A DNA stretch of 64,000 bases from Moniliella sp. 'wahieum' (Eukaryota), in NCBI GenBank assembly GCA_003971905.1, contig RSEE01000002.1:248001-312000 (forward strand), in the 5' to 3' direction. The notes beneath the pieces are model-generated. The model saw only the letters and a program-made list of their open reading frames with translations. It had not been told where the DNA came from and searched no databases. Both the position numbers and the translations under genes were made by a program. Positions 22,279 to 35,363 of this stretch are shown here, one piece after another. Numbering within the stretch: the first letter of the stretch is position 1; each line of letters begins with the position of its first letter.

Positions 22279-25200
22279 ATGGCGCTCAATGCTGTTGCGC
22301 TCGGCGCACGCATCTACCCCGCGTCGTCCGCACCCTTTTCTCTCACTACACGCGCCGCCTCGTACGCCGCACCCCCCGCCCTGGGCCGGCTGACCCCGAC
22401 TCGAACGCCCGCATCTCCTCCCACTCCACAGCCCCCGCCAAGCGTCTTCCGGCCACACCTCCGCTCCCGCCGTACCCGCTCCCGCAAGCCCCGCTCCCAT
22501 TCCCATGGCGGCTCTGATTTGGCCGATGAGCAGGCCCTGTACGACCTCCCTCTCTGTCGCGCGCATCTTTGTCAAGGCCATGTGCCAGGACACGGCCGAG
22601 TCTATCCAGCGCTTTGCCAGCATGCCTCTTCCCGTGCCAGCCCATGTGCGTGCCCAAACGACCCAGGTGCCGACACCCGCCATCCACAAGGCTGCGGCTG
22701 TGATCACAGACCACTTTACTGGCATTCCCGGCGACCCCCATGCCCTGGACCCCCTTTTGGGGGGACATCGTTGGTGGCAGGTTCGGCCTTGCCCTCTCCA
22801 AGCCGAGTGGGTTGTTCCCGCACGCACGATTCGCCGTCGTGCGGCCGAGATGGGTAAACGCAAGCGTGATCGCTTACGCGCTCTGTTTCAATCTACCCCC
22901 GTCCTGATAACAGCCATACCGCCTTGACTACCTCGATACCCCCAGAACCTTCTCCAGGCGCATTGGATACAGGAAAAAGCCGGAATTTGCCCTTACCTGA
23001 AGCTCCTGAGTCTCGCTTTGACCTTGCGGATGAAAATCTGGCTGCGGACTCGGGTAGCCGTCCCAGAACGGATCCTTCGCCAAACTTCCCTTCGTCTGCA
23101 CCGCCCAACGTCTCGTCCCGCAAACCAATGCGCTCTCCCTCCGACATCAAGCTTGGCCAATTCGTTCGCGGGGCCCGGAAGAACCTGTCGACATTCCGAA
23201 AAGCGTCAAAGGAGTCAAGCTACTTTAGTGCTCGTGCTCCGATGCGGAACACACGGACCGCTCCTTTGCCTCCCGCCCTGGATCGCCGTCCACAACAGAG
23301 AGGCCCATGTCTCCTATTAGGGGGTGCTGTGCTCACCGCCGATCCGGAGGCTGCTTCAGACACAGAGGAGGAGGAATCCTTTTCGGAACATGGTCACCAT
23401 ACCGCTCGCGATGCCACCAACTGTTGCGCGTTTTGTCTGGGCATGGCCCACAAACTGATGCCACGAGCGACCCCGCGGACAGACGGGGCGTTGGCGGGTA
23501 CCTCGGATGCTACCCCTAGTGAGTCCGACTGGGGAGATGAGGCTGATGCGGGGAATGTTGATCATGTCGGCTCGGAACATGAATTGTTTGACATTGACCC
23601 ACGCAAGCTGAACCGTATCATGCTTTACTGTCATGGCGGAGCTTATTAGTGCGTATTTTGCTTTGCCGCTTTTGTCATTGTTGGATGGTTTCTGACCCCA
23701 TCGTCCCTACATTAGTTTTGGTTCCAATGATACCCATCGTATGATGGTCGCTCGTTATGCGCGTGACATGGACGGCGCTGCTTTCTGTCACGTACCGTCT
23801 CGCGCCACAATATCCATTCCCTTGTGGCTTACACGACATGCTGGCTGCCTACCTTTACCTTGTTTCCCCCGCTCCAGACATGCACGGGCAATACGGGTGA
23901 ACAAGACACCACTTCGGATACTTCCAATGTACATAAGACCAAGTGGGGATTGGGTAGATCCCGCAAATTATTTTGTCTGGCGATTCGGCTGGGGGGGGCA
24001 TGATGCTGGCGCTGCTGCAGGTTTTGCGGGACATGGGACTCCCCCTTCCAGCTGGGGCAGCCTTAATCTCACCGTGGTCCGACTTGACGCACTCCTTCCC
24101 TTCCATCGTTCCCAACCTGAAAAAGGACTATATTCCCGATCACGGATTCATTCACAAGCCATCAGCTCTCTGGCCCGCCCCGAAAGACACAGATGTCCCG
24201 GCTACATCGACTTCAACACTTCCTTCTCGTTCGCATGTCTTCAAGTCCCAACAAAAGAGAAGGAGGAGGCGTCCCGAGAAAAACATCAGCCCTTGGGACA
24301 CAGTCTCATGGAGTCTGTTATACAGCAAGAAGATAATCTGGCCGCACAACGCCGTGTTTCTCACCCCCCTGTTGAGGAGGCCAGGGAGGCTCCTGTTCCA
24401 GCCTCGGATGCGGCCCGGGTTGACAACGAACCATCCCTGGACCAGGCTCTTCAGCAAACGCAGGGGAACGTTGTCGCCGAAGGAGCTGGGCCGTCCATTT
24501 CCACACCTGTCCAAGTCCTGCTGCGATTCAGCAGGCTTTATCCGACTCGTTTGGCCACGACCTCCTTTGCCTGATCCGGTGGTGAGGGTCACCATGGAAT
24601 CAGGACGTGGAACAACAGGGGTGCGGGAACTCAAGATCTATAACCAGATCCAATTGTACGCCACCAATGGCCAGCTCGCCCACCCTCTTGTCTCACCAGC
24701 CTTGGCTGGTAGCCTGGGCGGACTGCCTCCCCTTACATTTTGGCCGGCAACAACGAGGCGCTGCGAGACGAAATCATATGGACGGCGCATCGAGCTGCAC
24801 ACCCAGACAAGTATCCGCTCCCCCCGCATTTGGTCAAGCGGGGCGGAACAATGGTGAAGCTCAGCAGCGATTCGACAACCAACCCACTCAGGTACACCTG
24901 CAAGTCTGGGACGATGGTGTGCATGTAATGCCAGCCTTTTCGTTTACCTATCCAGGCCACTTGATGTACCATGCGATCGCTTCATTTTGCAAGGCCATTA
25001 CAGGTGCGCCGGTCAAGTTACTTGCTCGGACGGAGGATGGAACGGATGAGTGGGTACCCCAGGACCCTCCTGACGGGACGGGCGATCCGGATCATGGCGT
25101 TGATCGGCACGAGTTTGCCTATTCGAAGCAGGAGCCGATTGAACGGCCGCAGCTTCACGACCACATGATCCGTGAGCGGGTGTCGGTGCATGGCATTGTA

Positions 25201-25931
25201 CGTCCTATGGAGCCCGAACATCTCATGCCAGCCCTCACTGTCACTCGTGAGCATGTGGGGGTGATCCAGCCGGGCCCAGCGAGGCTGTTTGACGATGTGC
25301 ATCGACTTGGGACCACAAGTTCAAACGTGAGCCCAAGCGCATTGCGGCCATACGCAAAGAGGTTCGACTTCAAGCCCATGCTGCTCTTAATCTCGCCAAA
25401 GCCGATGCGGATGTCGTGCGAGGGGTCAAGGCAACCCTCCCCTCCTTCAATCAAAACAAATACCTTTTCTCACCCCCACCACCATCATCATCAACACCAT
25501 CACCAGACTCGCACCCACACTATGATACCTCACCCACGAATCTCAAACCCCCCTACTCCAACGCCTGGTGCGTTACAATCGGCCAGATTGGATTCTTCCA
25601 ATGCGGGAGTTGATTCAGGGCCGGATGGAGAGTTACGCCCAACAGACTTTGTGGGGTCAGGTTCTCCTTCCCAGAGCGTTTTCCTCTCTACGCGGCCACT
25701 TCCCCTGCCCCGCATTCCTTCCAGCCCAATACTCTACAAGCGAAATCGGGACTGCACCATGCACCCAGTCTGGTGGGTCGTCATTTGAACTTTACTTCAC
25801 TCGACTTGGTGGGGGAGACCCCCCCTCCCACAGCAATCGCTGGCCGCATTGACACTCCCGAGGCGCTGGACTTGCTCCGCTTGGGCATTGAGGAAGTCCG
25901 TCTTCGTGGCCAAGGGCTTCGCACTAACTAG
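22279..25931 (+). CDS. alpha/beta hydrolase, hormone-sensitive-lipase (abhydrolase_3) family
   Basis: [10 protein letters not shown] oxyanion motif (~23633), SGDSAGGG nucleophile elbow (~23975), [36 protein letters not shown] and [12 protein letters not shown]. There is an intron after HGGAY and several frameshifts. Confidence 0.88.
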
Positions 25932-26301
25932 TCGTACCTTTTGATCCTATCTTACCACTTCTGTCTCTTTGCTTCGTCGCTCATTTTGCACATGAACTCG
26001 TCGTTTTTGCTTTGATATATTTGCTTCTATCCTCTTGTTAAAACTCCATTGAATTGCACTCTTTTGTCAAGGGCATTGGAGTTGATTTCATAACAGCAAC
26101 TCTTCAGTCTTTCACTGACCTTGTCTTTCTTTCCACCCGTTAAAGCAGCTAGCGAGTAAAGTAGGGTATCAATTCAGAGAAAGGCCGGGAACAAAACAGA
26201 CACACAGGTAACCCTGCTATCCCGTGCGATAGCAGGGTTTAGAAGCAATCGAACACGACCACAGCAACCAAAAGTGGTCATGCACCTAGGAGTGAAAGGA
26301 C

Positions 26302-26994
26302 CTAGGTTTGATTGGTGCTGGCTGTTGCCTCTGCCTCATCGGGGTTGGCTGCGAAGAAATCATCGTCATCTACCGGGATACGGACCAAGGTGTTGACTTG
26401 AACTTGATCTTCATCCAGTGTCGCCAATGGATCTTCCTCCTCTGATGCCTCATTGCCGGCACAAGGCGCCCCCCTTTCTCCTCAGCAGCAGCTTGCCCTT
26501 CGGCCCCGCTGACGGCAGCAGTGTTCATCATAATGCGGCAGTCTCCGTGGAGAGCATAGCCAAATCAGCTACATTAACGACTCAGTACAGTCCATAACGA
26601 AGTATGACAGAGCAGAACGTACCCCGAGAGATCTGGATGGCACGAAAGACGCCCTGCCAAGAAGCCATTACTGAGGCGAACGTCTCGGAGCCGTCAACAA
26701 TCTCACCCACCCTTTCGTCCAATTTCTTGATCTCGTCAACGAGCTTGGCGGATTGGTTCTCAAGCATGAGCAAGCATTGAAGCTCGGTTTGCTTTGATGC
26801 CCATCGCTTTCAGACGCAGCCGACGAACCAAACCCAAAACTGCCAGGGGCGCTGCTGTTGGCCGATCCAGAAACAGAACCAGTGCTGGCATTGCCTAGAA
26901 ATACCGACGGGCGAGCAGACGAGGCATTGTTCCCAGTAAGGCACTGGGACGACCCGTTGGGGGAGGTGGAAACACGGAGGGGCGCAGATGACAT
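26302..26994 (-). CDS. DAD2: DASH/Dam1 complex subunit Dad2
   Basis: LENQSAKLVDEIKKLDERVGEIVDGSETFASVMASWQGVFRAIQI, plus a C-terminal NTLVRIP motif characteristic of Dad2. There is an intron after the core domain. Confidence 0.8.
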
Positions 26995-27792
26995 CGACTG
27001 GGGCAGGTTCAACTTATGGAGGTGTCTGTGGTAGCCTTTCGGTTCACCGGCCGGGCGCGTCCAGCCCGAGACCAACACGACGCGTATCATTAGATAAGCG
27101 ACCGATATATTGGTCACGAGATTCATTGCTGCCGGGGTTAAGCGTTGTGCCGCCGGGGTTAGGCCCCCATCGGGGGCCTGCCAAAAAAAAAAAAAAGCCA
27201 AGGCCTCAGACACCTCTTCACACTCACATGTGTCGAAGTTCAGTAACTCGGTCTCGCGAGTCGGTCGCAACAGTCAACGGAGCAGCTTCCGAGGCTCCGG
27301 GACCAATCAATCTTGTACTTCTGCAGCTACAGTTGCAAGGCTTACGGTTTCTCTCCCTTTTTAGCGCTTCCCATTCCGCATCAGCAGTCACTCCAGTCAC
27401 TGTGTGGGCACGTATGTGGTTGTAGTTTTGGACTGAGAGAAGTATGCGTGTGCGCCTGCACAGCCGGAAACGGAAGAAGATTGTGATCTCTCTATGGTCG
27501 ATAGTGACTGACTCCTCTTCTGAGAGCTCGGTCGTAGTACGAGATGTCAGAGCGCTTTAGTGACGGAAGGAGCTTGCTGCTATCAACGGTCTTATCCCAC
27601 GGATTTTTGTCCTACTACAAGATGGTATGAAAGGTGAGGCGTAGTACTATTAACCCATACTCGAAGTATTTAAACCTATCTGTGGTTCTCCTCTGGTTCG
27701 TTTTCTTATTTCCATCCAGCGACCAGCCCGCCTCTTTCCTCTCCTCAGGCCTCTGTGCCCACCTCGTCTGTCGCCACACTTTATCAGCTGCA

Positions 27793-28785
27793 ATGGTTCA
27801 CCTCGACGACTACAGCTATGGCAAGGATCGGTCCGCATTCTACGCATTGCGCGTGTGACCCGCTGGACAAGAGCAAGCACCACATTGCAGAGTACATTGT
27901 CCGCTGCCTTCTACGCGGGCCGATCAACAAGGAAAACAAGCTGGCCCAATCTTACACACTGGCGATAACTCCTCTGGTGGTAACCACGGACTGGTTAAGA
28001 ACACACTCAATGCTGGCCAAGATGCTGCCGCCCGACGATGCGCTTGTACCGGAGCGCTTTTCCCTTCATACTGCTACCCACCTTTTGTGCAAGTACGACC
28101 ACCTGACTGGGGTAGATGTGACAATCCAGAAGCTCAAGTGGACGCGGATTGTTCTGGCTGACGGCCCTCACAAGCATCATTTGTTCGTGACGGTAATGAG
28201 TACGGACCGTGTACCTCGAGGCCCGTCGCGACACGGCAGGCGCGCCGGTGGTGAGCAAGCTCGAGGGTGGGTTGAAGGACTGTTGGTGCTCGAGTCGACT
28301 GGCTCTGCCTTCCATGGGTTCTACAAGGATGAGTTTACCACCCTCGCCCTGTCAACGATCGTATCTTTTCCACTGCGATCGACCTGACCTATTCTTTCAA
28401 CATCCCCAGCACGCCTCTGCCCCAGCTTTTGTCCGCCAAGGATGGCTTGACCAACTTTGACGCGATTGCCGACTCGGCCAAAGCGCACACGATTCGTGTT
28501 TTTGCGACGGACACCTCAGCCTCTGTGCAGGCAACCATGTTCACCATGGCTTCCGACATCCTCAACAATTCCCGTCCCTTCTTCTGGCGTGGCAGGGCAC
28601 AAATGGATGGAAGATGTGGAGTATGCTTTGCCGAACAAGCACTACGTCCCTGTGGATCTCTCTTCAAGAACTTGTCCAACACCAACGAGAAGGATGCCGA
28701 GGTCTTCCTGCCACAGCAGCACCCCTCGGGCTTGATCAAAGCCAAAATCTCGCGCAAGGATCCGTTCGCCAAGTCCAAGCTCTGA
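27793..28785 (+). CDS. urate oxidase (uricase), peroxisomal
   Basis: MVHLDDYSYGKD..EYIVRCLLRG..SYT..LESTGSAFHGFYKDEFTTL..FATDTSASVQATMFTMA..VEYALPNKHYVPVDL..EVFLPQQHPSGLIKA, ending in the PTS1 signal SKL*. Frameshifted. Confidence 0.93.
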
Positions 28786-29073
28786 TGTTGCTCTGTTCAG
28801 AATCATTCGATGAGATCGATGAGAGACCTCCGATTTTGGGGTCCAAGACCAATTAGCATATGGTGTGTGCATTTAAGTTGTTTCCGTGTGACAGCCACCA
28901 ACGTAGAGGTACGCCTACACAAAAATTTTCACCTGCAAGCGATCTGATGATCAAATGAAACAAGTGTAAACTATACTCTGAGGGATGATAGTACCCCAGC
29001 AGAGCTGCCGATACCTTCAGCTCATTACAAGGTGCGACAGAGAGCCTGTTACCCGTTTTCCTTCAGACCACGA

Positions 29074-30167
29074 TTATGAATCCGGTGACCATGAGGGAAT
29101 GCATGGAAAATGAGTTGCAGGCCCCGGGGAGGGCAGTAGAGACAATTGAATGACGGCAATACATGAAAGGACAGGCCCTGAGAAAGTGGACTTAGCATTG
29201 AAACTCTTCCTAATAGAAAGGTACGTGTCCTTGGCCACTCCTCGACAAGCCGTGATGGCTTCCGATAGCTGAACACATGGTAAGGTTAGTCATTTCAATG
29301 GGATCAAAAAACGGTGGGAACGTACTTGGGTCTTGTTAAAGACACCGGTTGCATCTGTGAGAATAAGAATATCATTCAGATCTTCCAAGGTGTTGGACTC
29401 GTCCTGCTCGGGTTGGTGACCAGAAAATAAGAAGGTGCAGACAAAGCTTGCTGTTGCCCGCTCTTCCTCCAAAGCTGTGGGTGCGGTCGAGAGGTGGTTA
29501 CCGTCCGCCGCTCCTACAAGGAGGACAGCATGAGCGGCGACCAAGGTGCCACGTGCTGGGATGGCGGCATCCAGTAGCGCAGTCGAAAGGGCATTGAGCA
29601 AGACAGCCTTGTGGGAAGCACGGAGGCTAGCCGAACGGGTAAAGAGGGGAGGCGCAGGGGGACCCTGAACAAGCCAGTCGGGTATGGGTTCGGGTGCATC
29701 GAGAATCTCTCGTCATGCACCTGCGCCTCACGGGCCGAGTTATCATCCAAATCCGCCGGAGCCTCGACGATCTTACCGAGCGTGACACCGGCCGAGTCGG
29801 TGTCAGCGCCGGTGAGTTGGGTTGCGAGGCGAAGGAGGGAGCGCGGGAATTGCTTGACCAACAGGGCAGTGTTCAGCACGGATCGGATGGAGGTCTCAAA
29901 CGAGCGGATCGCAACGCCCTCCCCTCCTCGCAGGGCACCCACTTTGACATCAAGGGTGGCGGCCTCTACTTGCTCATCGCGGAGCTTGGCCTCCATGGGC
30001 CAAAGACGGCGGCAAAGGCAGAGACGTTGCCTAGGGCACGCCAGACAAGTTGTTAGCAATGCGAACTCCCTGACTCAAAACACGGGCCACACACCTCTCC
30101 TGAACGTAGCGCTTCCGTCGGCTGTGGGGGACGCCTTGAGGCGGATCTGGATAGGCTGGGCGGCCAT
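29074..30167 (-). CDS. RRP46: exosome complex RNase PH-like subunit Rrp46
   Basis: ADGSATF..PMEAKLRDEQVEAATLDV..FETSIRSVLNTALLVKQFPRSLL..LNALSTALLDAAIP..EERATASFVCTF. Introns lie near 30040-30095 and 29270-29325. Confidence 0.8.
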
Positions 30168-30456
30168 GGGTAGCCACGACGAGCTGTATTCGCAAGAGTC
30201 CGATGGTGGGTTGCAATTGAAAAAAGCAGCTGCTGGCGGGCCAAATGAGATGCCCAGGCGGAACTGGAAAATCGCCACAGTATTCCGCGCCCAGCACGGG
30301 GCCAGTGTCCGCGCCTCCGCCCATGCGTCCCATTGAAGCTTCAGTTGCAATTCTGCTAATTCTGCCATCCAAGAAGGTCGCCTGGCTCGGCGGGGGTCAA
30401 GTGGAGCAGCCTGCTCTGCCTCGTTCTGTCCCCTCTCCACCATCCCCACCACCGTC

Positions 30457-32156
30457 ATGTCCGACCCTGGGCCGCAGAAGCCCCCTGCTGCACCGCCTGC
30501 GCCCAAGCCCGAGCCTGTTGAGGCGCGGATCCCCGCCGGCTTGCGTCCGCTGCGCTACGTCGGCATCCCTGCCTCGGTGCTGGCCTGGAAGCCTCGTCTG
30601 CCGTCACGCAACTGGTCCATCTTTTTCGTCACCGTTGGCACCCTTACCTATCTCTATGTCGACGACCGCCGACAAGTGCGCCGTATCCAGGAGGAGTACA
30701 AGGAGCGTGTTGCTGAGCTCGGTGACCGCCCGCTTGCCCCTTCCGCATGGCCCCGCAAGATCTCAGTGTATGCCTGTAAGGCCCCTGGCGACGAGGACTA
30801 TGACAAAGGCGTGGTTTGGTTCAAGCGCTACATGAAGGTATGTTTTTTTTGTTTTTTCTGTTTTTCTTGACAACGTTCAGTAGAGCTGACGTACTACCCC
30901 TTTTTTCTTCCCTAGCCCATCCTTGTCTCGGCGGGGTGGACTACGAGATCCTGAACGGCACCCGCCACGGTGGACTGGCACGGGAATTGGCCTCGCGCAT
31001 TCACACCCGTCGCAGGCGCCTGGCTGGGCTCGAGGAGTGGAGTGACAACCCGCTTATCGCGCCGGACGGGAGTGGAGCCGGGCCATTCAGTCTGACGGCC
31101 CAGGCCATTCTCGAGCGCGAGCTGGATGGCGGTACTGTCATTATTGGCCGTCCTGCATTCAAGGAATGGTTCTGGGGGCTTCGTGCTGGTTGGAGGAGCG
31201 AGATCCCCGCCAAGGCAATTGACCCCGATGACATTCTTGCCGCCGAACTGGCAGAGGACCATGCGTTTGACGAACAAGAGCCCGATCAAGAGCCCACTGA
31301 CGTGCCTCCCGACGAGTCTGCCGCCAACAGTTCCGAACAAGGCGTCGACCCTGCCCATCCTGCTTCTCCTGCGGCGCTCACGGGCTTTAACCCGTCTGTC
31401 ACCCGCTCTTGCGTCGGGTGCGGTAACGGAGCATCATTGATGATGCAGGCCCAGGGCAAGGGGATGCCTACAGCGGCAACGGCCGCGCCGTCGCTGCAAG
31501 AAGCGCTGAACCAACCCATGATGCCGTGGCGGCCATGCCGGCTCAGCCTCCTGTCTGTTTGTCGATTTTACCAACCTGTCGGCTGGCGCAACATCCCACT
31601 GCGTATGTACCGCTTTTTCCGTCGTCGCGATGACGCACGCATGGGCGCCGAGGCTGCATTGGAAGTGATCTATGGCTCCAAGAAAACTGCCCGGCCCATT
31701 TCTGTCCCGGAACATGCGGAGCACGTCCCCCAACCCCCACAGGGAGGTGACTTGGACTTGGGTCGGGAGGGGGAGAAGCTCTACCCCCCATTCTTCTACA
31801 AGACCCCGGATCATATTGCCTCGGCCCGGACGCAGTACTACAAGGAACTGAGCGCAAACCTCAAGGCGTCCCGCGAAATTGCTCGGGGCGAGCGGGAGCC
31901 CACCAAGGCGGAACAGCGGACGCCATACAAGTCTGAGACGGAGTACCGGGAAGAACGGTTCAAGCACGAGAAAGACTGGCGCAACCTTGAGATGGGATTC
32001 GAGGTGGTTAAGCCGGACACCAACGTGGCATGGGATCCTTCCTTTGCTGCTTCCATCCGGCTTTTCACTCCAGACGCCGTCCTCCACCGACGGAGAGTGA
32101 AAGAAGCGAGAGCGCGGCTTAGTCCCACTTTTGCCTTGTTTGATGGCACTCTTTGA
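30457..32156 (+). CDS. TIM54: mitochondrial import inner membrane translocase subunit Tim54
   Basis: LRYVGIP..KPRLPSRNWSIFF..LYVDDRRQ..PRKISVY..PGDED..FKRYMK|PILV..DYEIL..IIGRPAFKEW..GLRAGW..GWRNIPLRMYRFF. Intron 30838-30915. Confidence 0.92.
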
Positions 32157-32654
32157 CGATATCCAGTTTAATGCACTGCTATTTGATGACTGGGCATGCG
32201 CGTGGTTTCTTCCTACAAACGGGCCAGCCGAAGAGAAAAGAGATATACGTGCGAACTGAACCGGAGATGAAGTAGATCGTATATCTATCCCAATGTCATG
32301 ACATATCCTCAACAGGGTACAAGGAAGCTCAATGGTTACTGGGGCTACTGCGAACCAAAACAACAAGTCATTGGAATGGTAGAGGATTCGGTAGAGCTCC
32401 GACTGGGAGGTTGAGGCCAGTGGTATTGCCGTTGTATGCATCTGACACTGCTCAGACACATTGGGTTCAGTCAAAGCGGCGTTACTATAACCGATGCTAT
32501 CTTAGAACCTCTCTTTGAATGAGGGAATAATCTCCTAGTCGAGATCGGAAAGAGGCAAGCTGCGTCGATACACTGTAGGCGGTGACGAGGATCGTCGAGG
32601 TGGCGGCAAGTCCGATCTGATTCCCCTGTTGGTATGAAGCTGGGAGAGACCGGT

Positions 32655-33012
32655 GGGCCCTAGGTGCGCCGAAACAATGGGTTGGATGGGTATTATGTGG
32701 TGCGGGCTAGATCTTCGGCTGAGGAGATTGCAGTGGTGAGCGGTTAGAGCAGCGACACAATCGCTTCAATCGTCCCCCTTCAGTCTTACCCCCTCTGCCG
32801 CCTCTGTCAGTAGACAGAGAATGTCATGGGGCGGGCGATTAGGGGGTACGATCCCTTAGGAGACGGTAGGTCGACTCACGGTAGTTTCGGGCTTGGGTTA
32901 CCAGATTGCAAACTTCAAGCTTCAAACTCGGCATGTTCAGTAGCTGCTAGTCGCGCGAAGTCATCACTCGAATACCACCCAACCCAATGCCGTTTCGGCG
33001 CCCCCAGTGCCC
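32655..33012. mobile_element. degenerate inverted-repeat (MITE-like) element
   Basis: Left arm 32655-32694 is GGGCCCTAGGTGCGCCGAAACAATGGGTTGGATGGGTATT. The reverse complement of 32971-33012 is GGGCACTGGGGGCGCCGAAACGGCATTGGGTTGGGTGGTATT. They match at 34 of 43 columns by hand alignment. No clear TSD. Confidence 0.45.
32822..32897 (-). repeat. truncated terminal fragment of the 10696-11610 LTR family
   Basis: 32843-32897 is the reverse complement of 11513-11567 (53/55 identical). It is preceded by TGTCATGGGGCGGGCG, which matches the reverse-complemented LTR end TGTCACGGGCGGGCG with an internal deletion. Confidence 0.88.
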
Positions 33013-33253
33013 GGGCTGGTGACCCCGGGGGCCGGGCGACCGAATCAAAGGGCGACGCGGTGTGGCCTCTACAATACAAGGAACACGAGGGACTGTTGGA
33101 CTATTGTTGATGCATCATTGACTTTGACAACACGGTCTTAACACTGCAAGGAGACATCGTGCATCAACAGAGAGAGTACATGGGAGGGTGAAAACGAAGA
33201 GAGTGAGGCGGGATGCATGCAAGACGAGCTGTGGGTAGCAAGGGATGGGACCT

Positions 33254-34612
33254 TTAGTAGCGCGAGCTTGCCCGCGCCGCTGCTTGAGGATCGTACTTGG
33301 CTACCCAAGGATGGGTGAGCACCTCAGCGAGAGGAAGGCGTTTATGCGGGTCTTTCCTCAGTAGCTAGTAACACGAAAGAGAAGAAGAGGTGGGGGTTAG
33401 GGAGGAAAAGAATGAGAGATGAGGAAGAAGGACGTACGCGCCTGATCAAGTCCTGCACTTCTGGGACAGGCGGGAGGGCAACCTAAGATCGACATTGGCA
33501 ATTCGATCGTACGTCGATGTGGGCCGGTCCTCTTCAAATGGGGGATCGCCTTGGCAAAACTCGTAGGTGAGAACCCCCAGGGCCCAGAGATCCACCCCTT
33601 TCCCATGGGCACGACGCTCGACCATTTCGGGCGGTAGGTAATCGAGCGTTCCACACATTGTCTGTCGTCGATTACCTGGCGCATGGACACTCCAACCGAA
33701 ATCGGAAATCTTCAGTTCGCCATGGATACCCATCAGCAGGTTCTCCGGCTTGATGTCACGGTGGATCACGTTTTTGGAATGCAGGTACTGCAGGGCATCG
33801 GCCATCTGTGCAATGTACTGGAGGGAAGAGGAGGGGTTAATGGAACTCAGGAGAAACGATTGAAGGGGGGACGGACCTTGGCTGCGGTGGGCTCGGGGAA
33901 ACGACGGTAGGGAAGGGAATTCATGTACTTGTAGAACTCGCCCCGAGCCGCAAATTCAACCATCAGAAGATTCGATTCGCCCTCGTCGTGGAAATAGCCA
34001 TGAAGCTTGAGCACATTGGGATGGCGTAGGTTCATCTGAATCTCAATTTCCCGCCGGATCTGCTCCTCGAGCCCGTCCTTGACAATCTCATTCTTGTACA
34101 TGCACTTGAGTGCCAATACGTACTGCGGCGGCTGCCGCGTCCGCGCGATAAACACCCGACCAAATTTGCCCTTGCCCAGACCGCGGCCCAGTTCAAAATC
34201 CTTCAGGCGCCATTTTTGGTCAACTTGTGCGTCAACTCCCTGAGGACAACAACGTTCTCGTCGCGTTAGCAGCCTACCCAACGAATCACAAAAGGACATA
34301 AGACACACCCAGGTGCACTGCTGTCCAGCGCTAACGCAGCATTGACACTGGCCGAAGCAGTCCGCCGACCTCGCCGCTCATCGCGCTCTAGTCCGCCATC
34401 GTATATGCCCACCTGGCTTTGTCCGGTCTGAGAGGCTGCGGCGGCGGGAGCAGGGGCTTTGCCCATGCGTGTTGATTGGCCTGGAGCACGGGACATTCCA
34501 TAGGTAGGTTTGGCGGGCATGGCCGTGGCGAACTGACCCGGGTGGGCGGACAAGCGAGGGTGCTGTGCTGGACAGGGTGGAGAGGTGCTTTGGTGGGAGG
34601 TGGGTTGGGCAT
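33254..34612 (-). CDS. IPL1: Aurora kinase
   Basis: [108 protein letters not shown]. About three introns, for example 33818-33876. Confidence 0.95.
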
Positions 34613-34944
34613 CGTGGGGTGGGAGTCTGTGGTGAGATGACGACAAGGGTGTGGGAGCTGCAGTTCGCGCCCGCAGCACGCTCAGCTAGGCGAAAGCAAG
34701 TAGGCGTAGAGTCAAACCAACATGCTCCACGCGGCGGAATCGCCAACCGCGCCTCCTGAAATGTTCACACTCGCCTGGGAGCCAACAAGCCGGGCGCAGT
34801 TAATAAATGCCCGCAGCTAGCGAGGGGTAAATCCCAATGGAATAAAATCGGCTGAAATGGCTGCACTTTTTACCTCAGCTGCCCCGTGACACGTTCCCAG
34901 CCACCCGCAGCCAGAGTATCGGTGATATTTGCCCTCTCCAGCGT

Positions 34945-35060
34945 GGAACGGTGGACCGGGGGAACGGTGGACCGGGGGAACGGTGGCTACGGTGGCGAAG
35001 GAGGAACGGTGGCTACGGTGGCGACGGTGGACTGGGGGAACGGTGGCTAAGGTGGCGACA
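34945..35060. repeat. degenerate G-rich minisatellite with ACGGTGG core
   Basis: Repeated GGAACGGTGGACCGGG, GGAACGGTGGCTACGGTGGCGA and related units. Confidence 0.85.
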
Positions 35061-35363
35061 CAGCAGACCGGGCCGTAGGCCCGGTGGTCTCCTCGTTACT
35101 ACCTATACCCCGCTCGATCATCTTTTCCTACATCGTCGTGCAAAGCGCGCTTTGCGAAAGCCATTCAATGTTACCATGTCTTGCCTAGAAAGAAGGGCGG
35201 CGGCACTGTGCTTTTATGTGCTAACTTCTTCACTTGCTCCCGTGGTAATCAGGGGCACCAGGTGTGACATGTGAAGGGCCTATTACCACATCTGTGCATG
35301 ATGTTTCTCTTCTTTATATGCCCTCCGCCGAATGAGAAACTCTCTGTTGGTGCTCGAGCCATC

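Noticed and set aside
11513..32897. The two inverted 55-bp copies as terminal inverted repeats of a 21-kb transposon
   Set aside because: The left copy is internal to a solo LTR that has its own TSD. The interval holds only housekeeping genes and no transposase, and the flanks do not form a proper TSD.
34881..34896. GCCCCGTGACA-CGTTC resembling the LTR right end and its flank
   Set aside because: The match is only ~10 bp, with no upstream LTR homology or matching left end. It could be chance.
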